A DNA stretch of 64,000 bases from a virus: positions 7,834 through 71,833 of IMG/VR virus record IMGVR_UViG_3300046820_000297, one strand, 5' to 3'. A program made the translations under genes and the position numbers. The notes beneath the pieces were generated by a model that did not search any database, was not told the DNA's origin, and saw only the letters and a list, made by a program, of their open reading frames with translations. The first letter of the stretch is position 1; every line of letters begins with the position of its first letter. Below, piece after piece: positions 29,101-36,885 of the stretch.

Positions 29101-31742
29101 TTGATGAGTATGCTCTAAACGATACCACTGTAGGAAGAATCAATGTACTTTATAAAAAACTGAATGCTTTAAGGAGTCGTTCTGCTACAAGTCAGTACAT
29201 AGATGCTGTCAATGAGTTACTAAAACCAGGTGAGAACGAGGATGACAATGTAGATACAGAACAGTTATTCAGCATATTTGGTATTAGAGAGTTTGATGCA
29301 TCTAACATTGATAGATTACTTGAGCCTGAAGTATCTAATCTATTAAGAACTAGTGGTAAATTCAATAAGTGGTTTATGGATAACCACTTTACTTCTGAAT
29401 ATACTATTAAGAAAGGTAAAAAGAAAGGTACTAAAGTAAAGACTCACAAAAGAATCAGCGCTTGGAACGTAACAAGACCGAACGATGATATGTATTATGA
29501 GACTACTGAAGTAACTGATAAAGATGGAAATGTAGTTGATACTGTACAAGGTATCCCTACACTGAAGTATTACAGACGTTCTTTAAAATCTGAATACAGA
29601 ACTGAAAAGATTACTATGGGAGAAGCAATGCGTCGAGGTGACTTGACACTAGCTACTGTAGATGAAGTCGGAAGATGGTTACCAAGACCTGATAGTAAGT
29701 ATAGAAACGAAGAGTACTACAGGATGAAGAATACTAATCCTGCTCAGTTTAACTTAGCAAACAAGATGCTCCAGTTCCATTTAGAGAACCAAGAGAGTTT
29801 GTCTAAGAACTCTAGACTAGGAGTATTTGCACCACGCTTTAGAAAGGATGGTTACGAAACAATAACTGAAGGTACATTAAAAGATAAGTGGGATGCTGCA
29901 GTAAGTAATACTAAAGCGTCATTTGCAAAAGCAAAAGATGATTTAGATTTAGGATACAATCCTCAAACAGAAGTCAACTACGTTACTCTAGACATGTTCG
30001 ACTCTGAAGTTAGCGGTATTCCTATTGCAGGTAAAGCAGACTTAGAGCTTAGTGAAACATCGGAAGATATGTTCTTAGGTGTAATGCGTTATATGCAGAG
30101 TGCTGAGAGACACAAGAAGCTTGTAGAGATTAATCCTCAAGTACGTGCTATTCAGAAAGTTGTGAATGGTAAAGAAGGTGCTATAAAAGACATGAATAAA
30201 CGTAGTAAGAGCGACATGCTTGCGTTTAATCAAGTTAGATTTGCAATAAAGAAAGAGAGATCTGTAAGATCCCAGGTTATTAACTCACTTATAGAAAGAG
30301 AGTTTGAAGGTAAGACACAAGCTGGTGTAACTGCTGACATGGCAGGATTGAATAAGTTTGGTAGTTTTGCGATGGGTCTTGCATCAACTGCGTTCTTTGC
30401 ATTAGATATTACATCTGCATTAAAGAACTCATTTGGTCAGGCGTTTCAGTCTATCATTGAAAGTGCCGGTGGTCAGTATTTATCCCCTAGTAGTTTAGCA
30501 AAAGGTGCTATATGGGCACAGTATGCAACTGCAGAGATTTCATTTGAGATATACAAGTACGGACCAAAAGGTTTGAATGTTCAGATCTATGAGATATTCG
30601 ATCCTGAAATGAAGTTCAGACCTGAAGTAAAAGGTTATGGTGATAAGTTCGGAACTAGTTCTACTAGAACATTAACTCGAGACATTCTTAAAGACAGAAG
30701 CTGGTTGACAAACTTCCGTGTATGGACTCAGCTTAATGCTACAATGCAGTTGTTTGGAGGAGTAATGCACCATCAGATGGTTGATCAAACTATCAATGGC
30801 GTCACTAAACAGATACCTTATATGGAAGCATTCGAAGTTAAAGACGGACAACTTACTGTTAAAGAAGGAGTTAGTCAAGAATGGGCACCCGGTGGTAGTA
30901 AGTTCAAGATGATGCAGAACCGTATCCAAGCTATGAACAGAAATCTTAATGGTGCTTTCACACAGTTTGATACCCCTATGGGTGGTAGATACTTGCTATG
31001 GAGAATGGTTACATTCTTGAAGAAGTGGTTTGCTAACATGTTCTTGAATCGTTTTGGATACCGTGGTAACTTCTTGAATCCACAAGCTAGATGGGATGTT
31101 CAAGGTAATCAGATGCGTATTGGTTATTATATACAGTCTCTAAACACACTAGTAAGAGCTATTACAACATTAGGAAAAGATACCAAAGTATTATCTAAAC
31201 CCGAAAAAGCAGCACTTAAGAAAACTGCTACTGAGTTGTTAGTTATTGTAGGGGGTCTGAATCTAATTCTCTTATTATTTGATTATGATCCAGATGATGA
31301 GGAGCGTTATGAGAAACTCCGTCGTAAGTCGGGACCACTTCCGGGTATCTTTACTGCAGACAGTGAGTACGAATACAACACTGTAGGATTTATGGAGAAC
31401 CATGCATTGTTCTTACTTACTAGTACATTGAACGAACAAGAAGCTATGGTACCAGTACCCGGTTTAGGATTTGATGACTATGCTAAATTGTTTACTCTAG
31501 ATTCAATTGCTCTTACACATACTGTAGAGAATACATCTAAGACGATTGCAGCTATTGTAAACTTGATAACTCAGGATCCATCAGCGTATTATAAGCGTGA
31601 TGCGGGTCCGTTTGAGTGGCAACAACAAGAAGATGCCAAGGTGTTTAACTATCTACTAAAATCTTTTGGATTATCTGGTAAAGCAGTAGATCCGGTAAAT
31701 GCATTGAAAAACTTTGAAAGTGCACAAAGTCGTTTCAAATAA
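26190..31742 (+). CDS. Giant virion cargo protein (1850 aa) with an N-terminal zincin-like HExxH domain
   Basis: HEFAH at 26670-26684 with a downstream KEEVMV glutamate, a largely helical body and hydrophobic stretches near the C-terminus. It is the third gene of the giant-protein triad. Confidence 0.7.
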   Translation: MNACAFGPEKDALNESIKIFGEFIANKDYLEYGRVRSAEEIQASLKLEGKILEQDPNFIRVSETVEDNLKDLTVFPGFDAMLTGIEVDTAGISVNRSNAIVDFMVRSFSDRLGIPYEFVSRGEAFEILKQAGKAYTQESGFFIGGKVYLIREDLSLDTAMHEFAHPFVRAIQKENPELFEKLYNDLINTDTGRKMVSLVSILEDKLTPDQDLFKEEVMVRALSKHAYDKVNQKPEDTSFFNAIKNFLYHLKQLLRKYLGKTFDVSKLDSTTTLDELSEIFLAAKIDFQTESVNQADIVAFKKDINNLVDELTNIMENDSGAKAVSKAINDVYRVAMNHKERLEVNKNLRDMAELLKGEFDDSTYKLIINNLRDYESLITDKFAELVEKYQYNHDKATAYIESLYQIKHMARLMVAHMNEIRNQPQTPDITKQFFYYRQLATDWSNTIATARELLSEEGLESGELVDLIASIEGYVKTAISIDDKFSVRSATELLTDVLEPLAQEVERYYNDIIDELVAKGASEQKIERYRKEFKDTILDKDALKEWLTGQRTDTNVLSAWMESYMNIQDPVVFGLAQFINNNISDVLTISQQRHNKFATEFEPLLKAAGIDIKNLKALRDAVTYIEADGIYNEKGEYVRRERYAFKNHLKEYRYEIGKLNDEIRKAEITAQETGDSTELDKLKVEREKLLNEHFYDSKADIVKQAERRLIRDEIGEKAYNARDLVLRKIKSLDLGITDPDELVDKDRLAILDSLWREYNLLFSLSYADGTKKDPSSDDYKIAVRLREYREETKEFYEWVPVKNMFSRALASYEQQLRDNGISGGEFIKMRADWIKNNTRVKIKPEFWQEVNNILEEIRSLKPDIPENLRNKLDLDELYAEISDQISAFRDDDGQPDGLIMSEEKKKAIKELDKKIEKSRKTITGLMGLSEEEQNEYEYISGLLLLNGDNLRQWADENPDLINRYEYLQNLIDEYALNDTTVGRINVLYKKLNALRSRSATSQYIDAVNELLKPGENEDDNVDTEQLFSIFGIREFDASNIDRLLEPEVSNLLRTSGKFNKWFMDNHFTSEYTIKKGKKKGTKVKTHKRISAWNVTRPNDDMYYETTEVTDKDGNVVDTVQGIPTLKYYRRSLKSEYRTEKITMGEAMRRGDLTLATVDEVGRWLPRPDSKYRNEEYYRMKNTNPAQFNLANKMLQFHLENQESLSKNSRLGVFAPRFRKDGYETITEGTLKDKWDAAVSNTKASFAKAKDDLDLGYNPQTEVNYVTLDMFDSEVSGIPIAGKADLELSETSEDMFLGVMRYMQSAERHKKLVEINPQVRAIQKVVNGKEGAIKDMNKRSKSDMLAFNQVRFAIKKERSVRSQVINSLIEREFEGKTQAGVTADMAGLNKFGSFAMGLASTAFFALDITSALKNSFGQAFQSIIESAGGQYLSPSSLAKGAIWAQYATAEISFEIYKYGPKGLNVQIYEIFDPEMKFRPEVKGYGDKFGTSSTRTLTRDILKDRSWLTNFRVWTQLNATMQLFGGVMHHQMVDQTINGVTKQIPYMEAFEVKDGQLTVKEGVSQEWAPGGSKFKMMQNRIQAMNRNLNGAFTQFDTPMGGRYLLWRMVTFLKKWFANMFLNRFGYRGNFLNPQARWDVQGNQMRIGYYIQSLNTLVRAITTLGKDTKVLSKPEKAALKKTATELLVIVGGLNLILLLFDYDPDDEERYEKLRRKSGPLPGIFTADSEYEYNTVGFMENHALFLLTSTLNEQEAMVPVPGLGFDDYAKLFTLDSIALTHTVENTSKTIAAIVNLITQDPSAYYKRDAGPFEWQQQEDAKVFNYLLKSFGLSGKAVDPVNALKNFESAQSRFK

Positions 31743-31787
31743 TGAAATTCTTTTGTATATTATATATGTAAAGTAAAAACAAGAATC

Positions 31788-32204
31788 ATGGCATTTGTAG
31801 ACATCTTTAATTTTAAAAAGTATATCACTAAACCTAGTGATGCAACAACAGCACGTATCGGACACGTAAACGCTTTATACGATGCTTTAGCAAATTCTGA
31901 TTCAGCAATAACAAAAAACACTTATCTCTTAGCAACTGGAGAAACTGATGTTACTATAAACACTAAGTCAGGAGTAATAGATATTGAAGATGATGTTCCT
32001 GGATTAGACACAGTTACTTTTAATATTATATCTGATGATATAACAGGAGACAATCCTTGTGTAATATTAATTACACCAATTTGTGATGAGGGATTTAATT
32101 TTGGTTTACGTTATGTATTAAGCGAAGGAGAAGCTAATATAACAATTTATAATAGAAACGCTCCTAACGCAACACTTGTAAAATTACATTTTTTAATTAT
32201 CTAA
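31788..32204 (+). CDS. Small putative structural protein, paralog A
   Basis: Shares its first ~31 aa with the next ORF, has a beta-rich C-terminus and ends LHFLII. Confidence 0.6.
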   Translation: MAFVDIFNFKKYITKPSDATTARIGHVNALYDALANSDSAITKNTYLLATGETDVTINTKSGVIDIEDDVPGLDTVTFNIISDDITGDNPCVILITPICDEGFNFGLRYVLSEGEANITIYNRNAPNATLVKLHFLII

Positions 32205-32208
32205 TAAT

Positions 32209-32655
32209 ATGGCATTCATAGACATTTTCAACTTTAAAAAGTACTTCGCTAATCCTAGCGACTCGCAAGTAGCACGTTACGGACATATTAATGCTTTGTA
32301 TACTGACTTGTCTGAAACAATTTTTCAAAATCAGATTACAACAGGTACAGTAACTCAATCAGCAATAGATGAGAACGTTACTATAAATGCTAGAGCTGGT
32401 AAAATAACTTTAAATGGTATCCCAAGTAATTCGGATCCAAATTCATTTACTATTAATAATTCTGAGGTTACTGTAAATAGCATAATATTGGTAACATTTC
32501 AAGCTAACCTTACATCTAATGCACCAACTAGAGCTGTAACTGCAACAATTAATAGTATTACAGACGGATCTTTTGCTGTTTGTGTAAAACCAGCTGCGGT
32601 TCTTGAAAACAGTGGAACACTAACCGGATTTCTTCATTTTTTCATTATTAACTAA
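32209..32655 (+). CDS. Small putative structural protein, paralog B
   Basis: N-terminus MAFIDIFNFKKYFANPSDSQVARYGHINALY; ends LHFFIIN. Confidence 0.6.
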   Translation: MAFIDIFNFKKYFANPSDSQVARYGHINALYTDLSETIFQNQITTGTVTQSAIDENVTINARAGKITLNGIPSNSDPNSFTINNSEVTVNSIILVTFQANLTSNAPTRAVTATINSITDGSFAVCVKPAAVLENSGTLTGFLHFFIIN

Positions 32656-32662
32656 GATTAAT

Positions 32663-33208
32663 ATGAAGAAGTATACAGTAAAAGAACTTAAAGCAGAGTT
32701 TGAAAGACTAGGTTATTCATGGCCTGTGTTTCACTTAGTGGGTGTTAGATCTAATGCTAATCTTAAGAATCAGTTTGATGATCTTATTGGTGTAGTTGAG
32801 AAAGATAACATCACTTGGTATACTTGTACTACTAACCCTGGTACTCACTGGTTGCAGAATTTGTTGAATCCAAAAGGTGCAGCATTACTTAAACCAGGTC
32901 AATGGGATGACTGTTGGCAGATTGGTATGCACCAAGGTAAGTACGAAGCACTAACACAGTATGCTCCTGTTACTGTATACAGAGATGGTAACAAAAATGA
33001 TGTAGCAGAAGAATCTTCAGTAACAGAGACTGGTATCTTTGGTATCAACATTCACCGTGCTAATCCTAGTATAGTATCTAAACTTATTGATAAGTGGTCT
33101 GCTGGATGTCAAGTACTTAATGACCCAAAACAGTTTGCAGAGTTACTAGCTAAGTGTAAGAAGTCAGGATTTAAGAAGTTTACGTATACACTTTTGAAAG
33201 AGTTCTAA
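32663..33208 (+). CDS. Putative endolysin with a YkuD/L,D-transpeptidase-like His...SxGC motif
   Basis: GINIHRA...KWSAGCQV motif; directly followed by holin-like and spanin-like membrane ORFs. Confidence 0.6.
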   Translation: MKKYTVKELKAEFERLGYSWPVFHLVGVRSNANLKNQFDDLIGVVEKDNITWYTCTTNPGTHWLQNLLNPKGAALLKPGQWDDCWQIGMHQGKYEALTQYAPVTVYRDGNKNDVAEESSVTETGIFGINIHRANPSIVSKLIDKWSAGCQVLNDPKQFAELLAKCKKSGFKKFTYTLLKEF

Positions 33209-33459
33209 TGAAAGACATGATGAAAAGTATATTCTCTTCTAAAGGAGAATTGTCTTTTAAAAGAATTAGTTCCGGATTAACTCTTATTGTATTGTTGTCT
33301 TTGGCGTATGTAAATACATATACAGAGCATAAGACTCCAGACTATGTATTTGATTGGTTAGTACTAATAGTAGTAGCTGGTTATGGAGGTACCGTAGCAG
33401 AAGAAATCTTTAAAAAGAAAACCAATGACACAACGGGAGAAACAGGAACAACTAATTAA
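33208..33459 (+). CDS. Putative holin
   Basis: 83 aa with two hydrophobic segments and a charged C-terminus; translationally coupled to the upstream ORF (TAATG). Confidence 0.6.
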   Translation: MKDMMKSIFSSKGELSFKRISSGLTLIVLLSLAYVNTYTEHKTPDYVFDWLVLIVVAGYGGTVAEEIFKKKTNDTTGETGTTN

Positions 33460-33787
33460 AGATGTTCTAGCTGTATTCATTATATGTATAGTAGCTACTC
33501 TATTTGTCTATGAGATGTCTAGAGTTAGAACTTTAGAGATACACACTAACCAACTGAAAGAAAAGATCTCACTAGATAGTCTAACACAAGATTCTCTCGA
33601 GATGAAAATCCTACACGATAGTCTAGCACATGTAGATAGTCTACGTGTAATTCATATTAAACACTTAAAAGATCTAGATAATGCAAACAAAGATGAGCGT
33701 GACCAAGACATTAATATTATTAAGCGTGCTTCTAATGAGCAACTTGATAGTCTGTGGTCAATTTACTCCCCAAAGATTAGTAATTAA
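33425..33787 (+). CDS. Spanin-like membrane protein (N-terminal TM plus coiled coil)
   Basis: VLAVFIICIVATLFVY transmembrane segment followed by a coiled coil; sits in the lysis cassette. Confidence 0.45.
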   Translation: MTQREKQEQLIKDVLAVFIICIVATLFVYEMSRVRTLEIHTNQLKEKISLDSLTQDSLEMKILHDSLAHVDSLRVIHIKHLKDLDNANKDERDQDINIIKRASNEQLDSLWSIYSPKISN

Positions 33788-34142
33788 CGGACAGTCAGGG
33801 GTGTTTCTTACTCCTGTTGAGGAACGTGCTGTGCTTACTGCACTAGTAGACTTACGTTATTATTCTAAAGGTATATCTCTAAGAGATAGTATAATCCTAG
33901 ATTTTGAAAAAAGGATTGTTGATAAGAATTTAGAGATTAAGTTATTAACATCAAAGTATAATGATTGTATAAGTGGTCAAAAAGAACTAGGTAAAAAGTA
34001 TAATGGTCTCATAGAAGACTATAATAAGCTTGTTATTGACAATGAAGTGTTAAAAACTAAAAATAACATACGCAAGAATTGGATCGTAGGGTTAGCTTGT
34101 AGTACTTTAATAATGAGTACACTGTTAATATTAACGAATTAA
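33681..34142 (+). CDS. Spanin-like protein (signal/lipoprotein-like N-terminus, coiled coil, C-terminal TM)
   Basis: Hydrophobic leader ending LIVC-GQ, a coiled coil and C-terminal WIVGLACSTLIMSTLLIL. Overlaps the previous ORF in another frame, as spanin pairs often do. Confidence 0.45.
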   Translation: MQTKMSVTKTLILLSVLLMSNLIVCGQFTPQRLVINGQSGVFLTPVEERAVLTALVDLRYYSKGISLRDSIILDFEKRIVDKNLEIKLLTSKYNDCISGQKELGKKYNGLIEDYNKLVIDNEVLKTKNNIRKNWIVGLACSTLIMSTLLILTN

Positions 34143-34297
34143 TGGACAGTAATTATTATTTTTTAAGAGCACAGATACGTGCTATGAATCCTGATTGGAC
34201 TCAAGAACAAATCAACGAAGAAGTTAAGCGAATCATGGAAGAACATGGTGACTCGCCTGATAATGAAGAAGATGGTTGTTTATATTGCGGATCTTAA
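34142..34297 (+). CDS. 51-aa acidic protein with C-terminal CxxCGS (not in ORF track)
   Basis: Read by hand: MDSNYYFLRAQIRAMNPDWTQEQINEEVKRIMEEHGDSPDNEEDGCLYCGS*. The ATG overlaps the previous TAA (TAATG coupling). Confidence 0.7.
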   Translation: MDSNYYFLRAQIRAMNPDWTQEQINEEVKRIMEEHGDSPDNEEDGCLYCGS

Positions 34298-34309
34298 TTA
34301 TATTAGTAT

Positions 34310-34546
34310 ATGAATAAATATCAAAAAGGTGGTGGACCAAAGAAGGATACCACTAAAAAAATCGACACTAGTAAAGTAAAACCTGTTCCACTTACTAAAC
34401 CTGGTGGAACTCCTCCTAAAGTCAATGATCCTGGGTTCAGTAAAGCAGCACCTAAGATTCCTAAGATTAGTGATCCTGGTTTTAAAAAGAAAGACACTAC
34501 TAGTATAAAACCATATAAGAAAGGCGGATCTATTAAGAAAAAATAA
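34310..34546 (+). CDS. Small Lys/Pro-rich basic protein
   Basis: 78 aa bracketed by YQKGG and YKKGG, with an internal repeat PKVNDPGFSK/PKISDPGFKK. Confidence 0.6.
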   Translation: MNKYQKGGGPKKDTTKKIDTSKVKPVPLTKPGGTPPKVNDPGFSKAAPKIPKISDPGFKKKDTTSIKPYKKGGSIKKK

Positions 34547-34659
34547 TGGAAAAGAAACCATCTTTCAAACCCGAGAATAATAAACTTGATGTTATTATCA
34601 AGGAAGCTCGTACACAAAAACCTAAACAACCTAAGAATCCAAACCTATGGCGAAAGTAA
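34546..34659 (+). CDS. 37-aa basic protein (not in ORF track)
   Basis: MEKKPSFKPENNKLDVIIKEARTQKPKQPKNPNLWRK*; TAATG coupling to the previous ORF. Confidence 0.5.
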   Translation: MEKKPSFKPENNKLDVIIKEARTQKPKQPKNPNLWRK

Positions 34660-34787
34660 ATACCGCGAAGAATAACTACGCACCCGCAGGCACTCGTAAG
34701 AAGCGCCCGGGGATTGTAGCTAAAAAGAAAACAAGTAAACTAAAAACAAGTAAGAACTACGTTAAGCGTTACCGAGGTCAAGGGTAA
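34647..34787 (+). CDS. 46-aa very basic protein ending KRYRGQG (not in ORF track)
   Basis: MAKVNTAKNNYAPAGTRKKRPGIVAKKKTSKLKTSKNYVKRYRGQG*. I recall the YRGQG ending from other small phage proteins. It is the last + strand gene before the strand switch. Confidence 0.6.
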   Translation: MAKVNTAKNNYAPAGTRKKRPGIVAKKKTSKLKTSKNYVKRYRGQG

Positions 34788-34830
34788 ACTAATAGTCTTA
34801 CTATATCATCTGAAAAGTAAACTTAACGGT

Positions 34831-35250
34831 TTACTTTTTTTGTTCTAGGATAGATTTGATGTCTGGTTTAGAATATTGAGGTCCTTTCAAAATTTTACCA
34901 TCCTCTCTCAGGATAGGTAATCCGTCTTCACCTAACTTACTCATGTTTGATCTCTGTATCTCTTCGAATACTTCCACGATCTTGTCTTGCATACCATGTT
35001 TAAGAATGGTGCCCACCAGTATATATAACTGATCACCGAGAGCATCAGCAATACCCACCAAATCATTATCACGACATGCCATAAGGTATTCAAATAGTTC
35101 TTCAGCTTGTAGGTCATGTCTTAGTTGGAATTCTTTCTCTTTGATTAAACTTGGTTCTGATGCATAGTGTTGTCCAAATACATCATGAAAGTGCTTTACA
35201 GCATTAATTATATCTTGCATATTAGTAACTAGAATAATACCACTCATCAT
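34831..35250 (-). CDS. MazG-like/PRA-PH all-alpha NTP pyrophosphohydrolase
   Basis: EELFEY...DALGDQLYI...SNMSKLG..G.P..REDGKILKGP motifs. The true start is probably MQDII at 35220. Confidence 0.8.
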   Translation of the reverse strand: MMSGIILVTNMQDIINAVKHFHDVFGQHYASEPSLIKEKEFQLRHDLQAEELFEYLMACRDNDLVGIADALGDQLYILVGTILKHGMQDKIVEVFEEIQRSNMSKLGEDGLPILREDGKILKGPQYSKPDIKSILEQKK

Positions 35251-35752
35251 AATTGGGTGGTAGTTGTTGAAACTTTAATTTATTTAATGGATCATTTGCT
35301 TTAGTCAGAGGATTGTCAGCAGTTATTCTAGGTAAACCTAGTTGATCCATTCCTCTATGATGTCCAGGAGTACGGAGTTCTTCCATCTTTTTTTCTGCTT
35401 TTGCTTTAGTTTCTTTAACAGCATCACAAAATCTATTGTGTAAACCATTAGAATCTAACATCATAGCTTCTATCAAGATAAGATAGTTGATAGCATCACC
35501 AAACTTCTCACGAATCATGTGTTCTGAATACGGCTTGTTACTACTAATCATATCTTTAATAGACTGCAGGTGCTTAATCATGTATTCCCACGCTACCATT
35601 TCACGGTTACTGTGGAAAGACATTTTAGAACCTTCTTCAAAGTTGTGAAAAACATTTGCTTCATTGGCATACTCGCCACCTTTCTTTTTTAATACAGATT
35701 CAATAAGTTCTTTACGCTTATCTATTAGCTGATTGAATTCTATTCTGTTCAT
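35222..35752 (-). CDS. DUF1599/Nmad1-like all-alpha nucleotide pyrophosphatase-type protein
   Basis: KKGGEYA...VFHNFE...KH...EKFGDAINYLILI pattern. Confidence 0.55.
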   Translation of the reverse strand: MNRIEFNQLIDKRKELIESVLKKKGGEYANEANVFHNFEEGSKMSFHSNREMVAWEYMIKHLQSIKDMISSNKPYSEHMIREKFGDAINYLILIEAMMLDSNGLHNRFCDAVKETKAKAEKKMEELRTPGHHRGMDQLGLPRITADNPLTKANDPLNKLKFQQLPPNYDEWYYSSY

Positions 35753-35764
35753 AACATTAAGTTA

Positions 35765-35805
35765 GAACCCAGAGGGGGCATGCAAGAGTCATACCCCCCG
35801 GGTTC
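35765..35805. terminator. GC-rich intergenic hairpin (terminator or RNA-stabilising stem)
   Basis: GAACCC-AGAGGGGGCATG...CATACCCCCC-GGGTTC inverted repeat in an AT-rich background; no clear U-tract. Confidence 0.5.
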
Positions 35806-35810
35806 GTATT

Positions 35811-36884
35811 TTATAGTTCTGGTAAATCTAAGATATCACCATCAAAGTTAAAGAATTCTTCAGCTTTAGACAAGGAATTTTCTTCTTTTTCTTGATCTTC
35901 GTAGAACGCATCAGGTACTGGTGTAGTATCTATAGGTTCTTCTTCAGGTTCAAAGTCAAAAATTACAGGTTCATTTACAGGTTCTTTATCAATGTCAAAA
36001 TCTGAACCTGTATTTTCTACATTATCAAATCCTGGAATCAACAAATCATTAGTCATGTTTACAAACAACTCCTCTTCTTCAGCAATAACATCAAAGATGT
36101 TTATCTGATTAGGATCCGTCTCCGGGATATTTACAGGAAATGCTTCTTGTAGAGTTACTGGAGTACTAAGAATAGTATGTTTCAATTCATCATACACTGT
36201 ATCAAAACATCCGATATGAGACCTAGTATAAAACTTAGGGTGACTGTTCTGAATAGAGAATGCAAGTCCGGCATATACACTCCATAAAGATATCTCTTCG
36301 TTATCTTTAAACCACTTATCATAGTAGTGCTTACTTGTAGTCAACTGATCTGCTTTAAGATAATCATTGATAAATGTCTTACCCATGATCTCTCCACACT
36401 GATTCTTATTTACAAGTAAAGCTTCCATAGATGTCTTACGTCTAAGTAGTTCATTATAGAAACTATCTGTATGACCAATCTGCTTCTTTACATTATCTAC
36501 CATCTCCACATCTGCAGTACCTGTATGTTTACGCATAAAGAACGCCATGTCTGAAGTCATCATAACTCCGTCATTGTCTTTAAAGTGCAAACCTACACTA
36601 CAGTGAAACTTAGTACTCTTATCATATGAGTTAACCCAGGTAAATACTATACCTATATTTGGATCTGTACCATATGACATATAGTGGTTACCAACTGTAA
36701 CCTTTCCATTTGAAGAGAATAACTCTCTATCTACAATTAAACCAGCTGCTGCTAGTTCTGCACGAACCGTGTCAAGTACTGACGCGTTCGTAATAACTTT
36801 ATATCTTCCTCCATGTTGGGGAATGTGGACGGAGTCACGGAGATAACTCTCCGTGCTCCCACCCATTGCTAATTTGAATGGCAT
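35811..36884 (-). CDS. DUF932/DUF945-like protein with an acidic C-terminal tail
   Basis: RYKVITN...NSYDKS...G...RKHTG pattern typical of DUF932 proteins. Confidence 0.6.
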   Translation of the reverse strand: MPFKLAMGGSTESYLRDSVHIPQHGGRYKVITNASVLDTVRAELAAAGLIVDRELFSSNGKVTVGNHYMSYGTDPNIGIVFTWVNSYDKSTKFHCSVGLHFKDNDGVMMTSDMAFFMRKHTGTADVEMVDNVKKQIGHTDSFYNELLRRKTSMEALLVNKNQCGEIMGKTFINDYLKADQLTTSKHYYDKWFKDNEEISLWSVYAGLAFSIQNSHPKFYTRSHIGCFDTVYDELKHTILSTPVTLQEAFPVNIPETDPNQINIFDVIAEEEELFVNMTNDLLIPGFDNVENTGSDFDIDKEPVNEPVIFDFEPEEEPIDTTPVPDAFYEDQEKEENSLSKAEEFFNFDGDILDLPEL

Positions 36885-36885
36885 A

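Noticed and set aside
108-31865. Numerous 60-190 aa antisense or alternate-frame ORFs within the large + strand genes
   Set aside because: They lie almost entirely within long genes and show the Ser/Leu/Phe/Cys-rich composition expected from the reverse complement of coding DNA.
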